Positions 37,204 through 44,387 of a stretch of DNA of 44,387 nucleotides are shown here, in pieces. The first letter of the stretch is position 1, and every line of letters starts with the position of its first letter. Below the pieces are notes generated by a model. The model searched no databases. It worked only from the letters and a program-made list of their open reading frames with translations, and was not told the origin of the DNA. Source of the stretch: Octopus bimaculoides. Taxonomy: Eukaryota. Made by a program: the position numbers and the translations under genes. The stretch is from contig NC_068982.1 of the NCBI RefSeq assembly GCF_001194135.2, positions 140,201,502 to 140,245,888 of the forward strand. Direction: 5' to 3'.

Positions 37204-38193
37204 NNNNNNNNNNNNNNNNNNNNNNNNNNNNNNNNNNNNNNNNNNNNNNNNNNNNNNNNNNNNNNNNNNNNNNNNNNNNNNNNNNNNNNNNNNNNNNNNN
37301 NNNNNNNNNNNNNNNNNNNNNNNNNNNNNNNNNNNNNNNNNNNNNNNNNNNNNNNNNNNNNNNNNNNNNNNNNNNNNNNNNNNNNNNNNNNNNNNNNNNN
37401 NNNNNNNNNNNNNNNNNNNNNNNNNNNNNNNNNNNNNNNNNNNNNNNNNNNNNNNNNNNNNNNNNNNNNNNNNNNNNNNNNNNNNNNNNNNNNNNNNNNN
37501 NNNNNNNNNNNNNNNNNNNNNNNNNNNNNNNNNNNNNNNNNNNNNNNNNNNNNNNNNNNNNNNNNNNNNNNNNNNNNNNNNNNNNNNNNNNNNNNNNNNN
37601 NNNNNNNNNNNNNNNNNNNNNNNNNNNNNNNNNNNNNNNNNNNNNNNNNNNNNNNNNNNNNNNNNNNNNNNNNNNNNNNNNNNNNNNNNNNNNNNNNNNN
37701 NNNNNNNNNNNNNNNNNNNNNNNNNNNNNNNNNNNNNNNNNNNNNNNNNNNNNNNNNNNNNNNNNNNNNNNNNNNNNNNNNNNNNNNNNNNNNNNNNNNN
37801 NNNNNNNNNNNNNNNNNNNNNNNNNNNNNNNNNNNNNNNNNNNNNNNNNNNNNNNNNNNNNNNNNNNNNNNNNNNNNNNNNNNNNNNNNNNNNNNNNNNN
37901 NNNNNNNNNNNNNNNNNNNNNNNNNNNNNNNNNNNNNNNNNNNNNNNNNNNNNNNNNNNNNNNNNNNNNNNNNNNNNNNNNNNNNNNNNNNNNNNNNNNN
38001 NNNNNNNNNNNNNNNNNNNNNNNNNNNNNNNNNNNNNNNNNNNNNNNNNNNNNNNNNNNNNNNNNNNNNNNNNNNNNNNNNNNNNNNNNNNNNNNNNNNN
38101 NNNNNNNNNNNNNNNNNNNNNNNNNNNNNNNNNGTGGTGCAGTAGAAATTCGCATCAAACCGTAGAAAATATAAAAACAAAAGTCAAACATAA

Positions 38194-38249
<56 letters not shown>

Positions 38250-38255
<6 letters not shown>

Positions 38256-38450
38256 CAACAACAAGATCGAAAAATACCTAAGGAATTAGAACCCAGGTTC
38301 GAAATTTCCTCAAGACACCTGATAAAGGCTGGAAGGTATATCAGCTGAAACATTGTGTTAACAACAAACAAGATGAGAAGAAATACCCGTCAATTCTAAT
38401 TAATGTAAATAATGTACATAATTCCTTATCTTTTAAATATAGAGCTGTAC
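38250..38450 (+). mobile_element. Same hammerhead-bearing repeat family, preceded by (AAT)n
   Basis: aggaattagaacccaggttcgaaatttcctcaagacac-ctgataa-aggctggaaggtatatcagct-gaaac-att-gtgtt (38314-38359); homologous to 36571-36690, core mutated. Confidence 0.8.
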
Positions 38451-38859
38451 TTGGTTATAAAAAATGCACAAAGACTACTAAAAGCAAATCTGCAGCGTAT
38501 ACTTAACTAGTTCTGCATGCTAAAATGCTGTATTGGACACCAATCTATTTCATGTAATGAGAGTGATTTTTAGAGATATGACAATGATACATCTCTTAAC
38601 AAAGTTAGGGCACCTATCAGATGTTAAATATGCATTTCTTTCTCACGAAGCAAGAATGCTTCACATATACTTACGTAAAAGTATAGGGGGGGGGGCATAT
38701 TCCTAATGTTTCAGTGGATGTGTGTAGCACCAAAATAGCTTAGCACTGCATGAAACAATTGAAAGCTTTTGTAAAGAGAACTTGGTTAAATAGTAACCAG
38801 ATTTTGTGTGCCTTAAATGCACAAATATTTACAAACTGATGATGCAGTAATTAATACTT

Positions 38860-39080
38860 CAAATTTTGGCAAGAAACCATCAATTTTAGGATAAGCAGTT
38901 TAGTAAATCATACTGAGCCCCGTACACAACACTGCTTCTACCCATAAGGCTCAAATGCTACTTATTTTATCGACGTGGGACGGATGAATGGAAAAATCGA
39001 CGCCTACAGAATTTGAAATCAGAATATAATAAACTGGAAGAAATACCAGCGGCATCAATTCTGACCCCTCACCGCCTTTT
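38860..39080 (-). mobile_element. Highly degenerate SINE family B
   Basis: caaattttggcaag...tacttattttatcgac...ggatgaatggaaaaatcgac...gaatttgaaatcagaa...tcaccgcctt. Confidence 0.55.
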
Positions 39081-39111
39081 TTTTTTGTGTGTGTAAAAAG
39101 CAAACACAGAA

Positions 39112-39152
<41 letters not shown>

Positions 39153-39326
39153 GTTATATATATTGTTCTGTAACAAAAGCAGTAATGAATGTAACTTCGA
39201 ACTTACAGCCAGCTAAGCCATCGAAGTCATTGGCAATACTATTTACTTTAAAGAATAACATATTTTTATAGGCCAAATATATTAAGCCTTCTAGTTCATT
39301 CATAAAAACTCTCATGAACAGTCAAA

Positions 39327-39465
39327 TTCTTCTTCTTCTTCTTCTTCTTCTTCTTCTTCTTCTTCTTCTTCTTCTTCTTCATCATCTTCTTCTTCTTCTT
39401 CTTCTTCTTCTTCTTCTTCTTCTTCTTCTTCTTCTTCTTCTTCTTCTTCTTCTTCTTCTTCTTCT
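39327..39465. repeat. (CTT)n microsatellite
   Basis: Near-perfect ctt run with one cat; source of the poly-L ORF. Confidence 0.95.
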
Positions 39466-39508
39466 CTCTACTGTGCTTTCGTATATTTGTGTTATGTGAA
39501 TGTAATTT

Positions 39509-39539
<31 letters not shown>

Positions 39540-40313
39540 CAATATCGTTGTTGTTGTTTCCTCATGTGTTGGTAGGCCTGTTAGCGAGGTGTCGGTGTTC
39601 GTGACACTGATGTGTGCAATGACAGGCGCTAATGATTTGTCTCCCTTTTTATTTATTCATTCATTTATATATTTATTGACATTCCAAACAGCAGAATTGA
39701 GGAACATTCAATTTTCCACTTCATTACTTTGGTTTGATAACACGGCATATATTAGATATATATTTTTTTTTCTGCATATTCTTTGTGTTAACTTCCTAAT
39801 GAATGAAATTGGCGAGGTCTAGATGATGTGTAAAACGTACTGTTCACAAAGTTGGAATTAATAAATGTGATTCCGCATCATTATAAAACAGCGAAAAAAA
39901 AATACAGAACAAAATGAAATACTGTGTAAAATGACAAATGAATAAATTGAAACGATTATAAACAGATGCATTCTCAGTTTAACAATCTGAAGCAGCAATG
40001 GTGTAATTATTCAAATTTGATTCTCTGCTTTTAGTTGTGGTTATGATAGAAAGCTGTACATTGTTTGATGCAGTCTGCTTTATGTAATAGTTTATTTGCA
40101 TTGTGTTTGAAAGGCTCTCTGTTCCTATCTTCGACTCATATTCTCGATTATTTTCCGCTTTAATTCTGCTCTAATTTATTCCTTTCATACAGTATCATAG
40201 AGTTAAGCGAGTGCATAGTCTTTTATTTTCTTTTCTTATTTCTTTAATGATTTCTAGGTTTTGTGGTGAATGTGTAAATATATGGTATATTGATGTGTGT
40301 GTTGTTTGATCGT

Positions 40314-40679
40314 GGAGGCGCAATGGCTCAATTGTTAGGGCAGCGGACACGCGGTCGTAGGATCACGGTTTCGATACCCATTCCGGGCGTTGTGAATGTT
40401 TATGGAGCGAAAATAGTTGAAGCACCACGAGGCTCCGGCAGGTGGTGTTGGTGAACCCTGCTGTACTCTTTCACCACAACTTTCAATCTTTCTTCTTGTT
40501 TCTGTTGTAGCTGTATTCCAAGGGGCCAACCTTGTGTCACGCTGAATCTCCCAGAGAAATACGTTAATGGTACACATGTCTGTGCAGTGCTCAGCCACTT
40601 GCACGTTAATTTCACGAGCGGGCTGTTCCGTCGATCGGAACACCTGGAACCCTCGTCGTCGTAACCGACGGAGCGTGAC
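40314..40679 (+). mobile_element. Full-length tRNA-derived SINE family C
   Basis: Head ggaggcgcaatggctcaattgttagggcagcggac...ggtttcgataccc (A/B-box-like), central domain, and tail gtgctcagccacttgcacgttaatttcacgag...ggaaccctcgtcgtcgtaaccgacgg. Confidence 0.85.
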
Positions 40680-41690
40680 GATATTTATTGATGTTTTAGT
40701 ATTGCTTGTTAGAGGTTACCTTATACCTCATAAGTACAGAATATGTTCACAGTATTTGATATTTCCTCCCAGCTTTCTCCCTTTGTAATATTTATGAGTT
40801 CTTTTTTTGTATATATCTCTAATTTGCAGTCACTTACATATTCGTGTTTAATTTTCGCTTTTCAATCTAGTTTATTTCAATGAAGTGGCTGTTTTCTCCT
40901 CGGACTGTTAATGTGTTTAATTGCTTATTCGTTTCAAATTGAGTAAAACTTTAATAATATTATTTGTGTTTATATTCATTTTAAACATATTCTTTCATAG
41001 GACATACTTAGTTTCCACTGCCATTAAACGCCAAGTCTCTTCAATTCCCTAATGAATAACTGATTTCATCGTTACTTATACTGTTCTTGTTTTCAAGGTT
41101 CCAATTTCAAAAGTAGTCTTCGCGCATTTGTCATAAACTTAATCCGCAAATCACATGTGTACACTTTTACAGAGAGGATTATATTAAAGCAGATTATGAA
41201 CTCTACATTCATCATATTATTACAAAGAAATATCTGTTCATGATTCCTCTGACCTTGTATCTACTACATATCTTTTCGGAACGGTACTTAACTGTGAACG
41301 ATACAATCATCAGTGATGGTAATTTCTCAATCCCTTTGAAAGTTGACGTCCCTATATAAATTTGTGAGAATGTATTATTCCGTCCTTGTGATTTATTATT
41401 CAATCTGCCTTCCGATTTTCCACGCAACTTTTCGTAAATCCTTTTTATTGCAGTCTATTCATACCTAAGTGTTTTCCATGTTCATTTTCTCCGATTATTT
41501 TTTTCTTTCATTTCATCTGAGGTTACATAGGGAGAGACTCCAATGTAATTTTACTATTCTAATGAGGACATATTACGGATGTATCTTCAAGAATACTTAT
41601 GAAAGATTTCTCAGACAAAGTTGCAATAATTCCTAGTAAAAATATGTTTAATAAATGTTTATTCCACACAACAAATATAAAACAAAATTG

Positions 41691-41880
41691 AAAGGTGGCG
41701 AACTGGCAGAATCGTTAGCACGCCGGACAAAAGGATTACAGGTATTTCATCCGTCTTTACGTTCTGATTCCAAATGAAACTGAAGTCGTCTATCCTTTCG
41801 GTGTCGATAGTATAAGTTATCGTATTATTCTCTCGGGGTCGATGTAGTCAATTTACTCCTTCCCTCGAAATTTGAAACCA
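41691..41880 (+). mobile_element. SINE family B
   Basis: aaaggtggcgaactggcagaatcgttagcacgccggac...tcctttcggtgtcgata...ggggtcgatgtagtc...aatttgaaacca. Confidence 0.85.
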
Positions 41881-43559
41881 TTATACATGCAAAGTAAATC
41901 ATTCACCATTATATTTCACAAAATGTTTCTTTATAGTGAGATAAGCGACTAATTACCTTCCAGAAAAATGTTAGACTTGACATAAAATAGAAATGTTGTT
42001 ATCATTATTACTATTACGATTCTTTTTTTTTTCCTCCTACTGTAGTCCCTATATTATGTCCTTTGTATCAGGTCCAAACAATGGAACATATCACTTCTTT
42101 ACAAGCCACTTCTTATGTCCCTAATAGTCTGATCTGTACTATATGTCCCTAATAGTGTAATCAGCACTATATGAATATTCATGTTTCGCTTTGTACACTT
42201 GGTGGACTTTTCCATTCCTTCCTTCATGAGTACTAGTTCAATGACTCGTGTTCATATTCTACATTCTGTTAATTTCAATCTCCAGGTCTGTTTACTTTGT
42301 TAGATTCTCTGAGACTTTTGTGACGTGATTTCTTGCACAAGATATTGCAAGACTGATAAATTGGCAACGTTTGTACATCTTATCTTGAAGTTTATCGTTC
42401 AGTCAATGCAAATGTGTATGTTAGTAATCACGTTTATGCTGGTGTACATACAATTCCTCACTTGTGATTGTATAACACCTGCATATTTCCACCATCGCCA
42501 CCATCATCATCATATTAAAACGACAAATGAGAAGTGAACGGCGACCAGCAACCAAACGTGATTGTGAACGAACCGCAGCATTTCATTTTCAGTGCAACAA
42601 GCTATTGATATCGCAGCTTAAAGGAATGAGCTAAAAGAATCACTTGAGCATCGCAATAGTTTTTATTTTTAGATGTGCTATTTATTCTGGCTCCCTACAT
42701 TATGATTTCGAATTACATGGAGATTAAACTTGCTATTGTTCGGGATCAGTGAAATAACGTACCCTTCTCTTGCTGACGTGAAATACTATTAATTAATTTG
42801 TAGATTTTTACAATATACATCACTAATGAATCTTCTATTTCTGCTTGGCCTCAGTTTTTACTTTAAACATTTACCGTTTTTCTGTGTGTGTGTGTGCTGT
42901 GTCGAACAAAGATGTCTTTTGAAAAAGAACGATTCTTCTTCTGTCTGCTCATGACAACATCTCATTTGAGATTTGACTTCGTAAATCATATGACAGCCAA
43001 GATTATCTTGTTAATGTTAGATTTTATTGATTACAGTTCCATCTTAAGTTCAGCATAGTTGATTATTTTCCAAATTCTTTCAAGTCTTTGTGTTGGTCAC
43101 TTGCATTGATAATATATAATAATCGTGCAATTGTAACAAATATTCAATATTAGATCGTTGATAGATTTGAAATTGCATTTCAACAAACGCTTTCATTTCT
43201 CAGCAAAAGTACTCATCTTCAAAACTATTTTTCTATATTACTCTTGTCTCGGCTTATTTCTGCTCGATCGTCTGCCAAAAGTAGTCCGTCTTAGTTACCA
43301 GCAACTCATCAATAGTTTGCTCGTGTAAAACGAACGAATTTCAAAAACACGTCCACATCACTTCACACGCGTGATTGTGTCACGTTTGCGTAAAATGTTA
43401 TATATAAGTGATTGAATTTAGATTATATGCATCCAGAGAATGGGAAAACGTACCTAGCAATATTGGTTCAGATATTTGACGATCTAAGTTCTAATCCCTT
43501 CCAGGACAACAATCCTTTACATCTTCTTATTGTACTTTTTGTTGTGGTTGCTGTTGTTC

Positions 43560-43673
43560 TTCTTTTTCTCCTCCTTCTTCTCTTGCTCCGCCTCCTCCTC
43601 CTTCTTTTTTCTTCTTCCTCTTCTCCTTCTTCCTCTTGTCCTTCTTCCTCTACTCCTTCTTCTTCTTCTTCTT

Positions 43674-43749
<76 letters not shown>

Positions 43750-43770
43750 GTAGTAGTAGTAGTAGTAGTA
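43560..43770. repeat. Compound microsatellite (CTC/CTT)n-(TAT)n-(TAG)n
   Basis: Contiguous runs of ctt, tat and tag. Confidence 0.95.
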
Positions 43771-43867
43771 TAATATTATACTAAATAGAAATCGTTGTTA
43801 TTAGTTTCTTAATATACAAAGATGTGGTGTCGAGATGGTGTAGAGGCTGCTGCTTCTGCTCTGACGG

Positions 43868-43917
43868 TGACAACAAAGACTACGACAGCGATGATGATGT
43901 CGATGTTGATGATGATA

Positions 43918-43980
<63 letters not shown>

Positions 43981-44020
43981 GTGATGTTAACAAGGACGAT
44001 GACTACGACGATTGTGATGA
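43868..44020. repeat. (GAT)n microsatellite with degenerate flanks
   Basis: Long gat run at about 43910-43980; source of the poly-M and poly-D ORFs. Confidence 0.95.
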
Positions 44021-44347
44021 TGGTGTCAACGGCAAGTTTAATGATACATGAGATGTTAATTTATATGACTATAACATTGGCTTGCTGATGACAATTACGA
44101 TGCTCATGAGGATGATTAAGAAGCTTATAATCATGGTAATGGTGCTGATGCTCACGGTACCGTAGACGTTGATGGTGATGGCGGGGATAGTGATGACACG
44201 ATGATAAGCATGATAGCGACAGTAAATCATTTTACATTTCAAATACATAATGTGCTCTTATGAAAGGCTGCATTTATATGTACAGGTGTGTGTGTGAACT
44301 GCATCAAAACACACGCATTCCCACTGACACACACACATATACATACA

Positions 44348-44387
<40 letters not shown>

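Noticed and set aside
6279-38371. Long ORFs of 150-490 aa in the ORF track
   Set aside because: Their length comes from N gaps translated as X, flanked by (TA)n/(CA)n translations. Not evidence of coding.
43822-44088. Poly-Met/poly-Asp ORFs suggestive of reflectin-like or acidic biomineral proteins
   Set aside because: Pure (GAT)n read in different frames; no reflectin motif and no Tyr/Arg/Pro content.
1-44387. CRISPR arrays, rRNA or prokaryotic operons
   Set aside because: No regularly spaced repeat-spacer arrays, rRNA-like segments or dense ORFs; the sequence is eukaryotic repeat-rich DNA.

Overview
AT-rich animal genomic scaffold with 12 N-gaps totalling about 5 kb. It is most likely an octopod cephalopod such as Octopus; I infer this from the repertoire of tRNA-head SINEs and the extreme microsatellite density, not from a database match. 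I find no intact protein-coding gene: nearly all listed ORFs are microsatellite translations or run through N gaps. The window is a graveyard of mobile DNA and decayed genes. Mobile DNA: three recurrent tRNA-derived SINE families, R4/Dong-like LINE fragments, Tc1/mariner remnants, a fold-back MITE with telomere-like repeats, and a short RTE-derived element with a 14-bp TSD. Decayed genes: a clear SLC15A4/POT-family transporter remnant (17351-17737, four in-frame stops) and a probable class A GPCR pseudogene (35645-36110). The most coherent unannotated signal is a set of minimal type I hammerhead-ribozyme motifs that sit within or beside inverted repeats at three loci (about 1.1-2.0 kb, 14.0-14.8 kb and 36.1-38.5 kb). 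This fits Penelope-like/retrozyme-type elements. One copy (14576-14633) retains the whole catalytic core.
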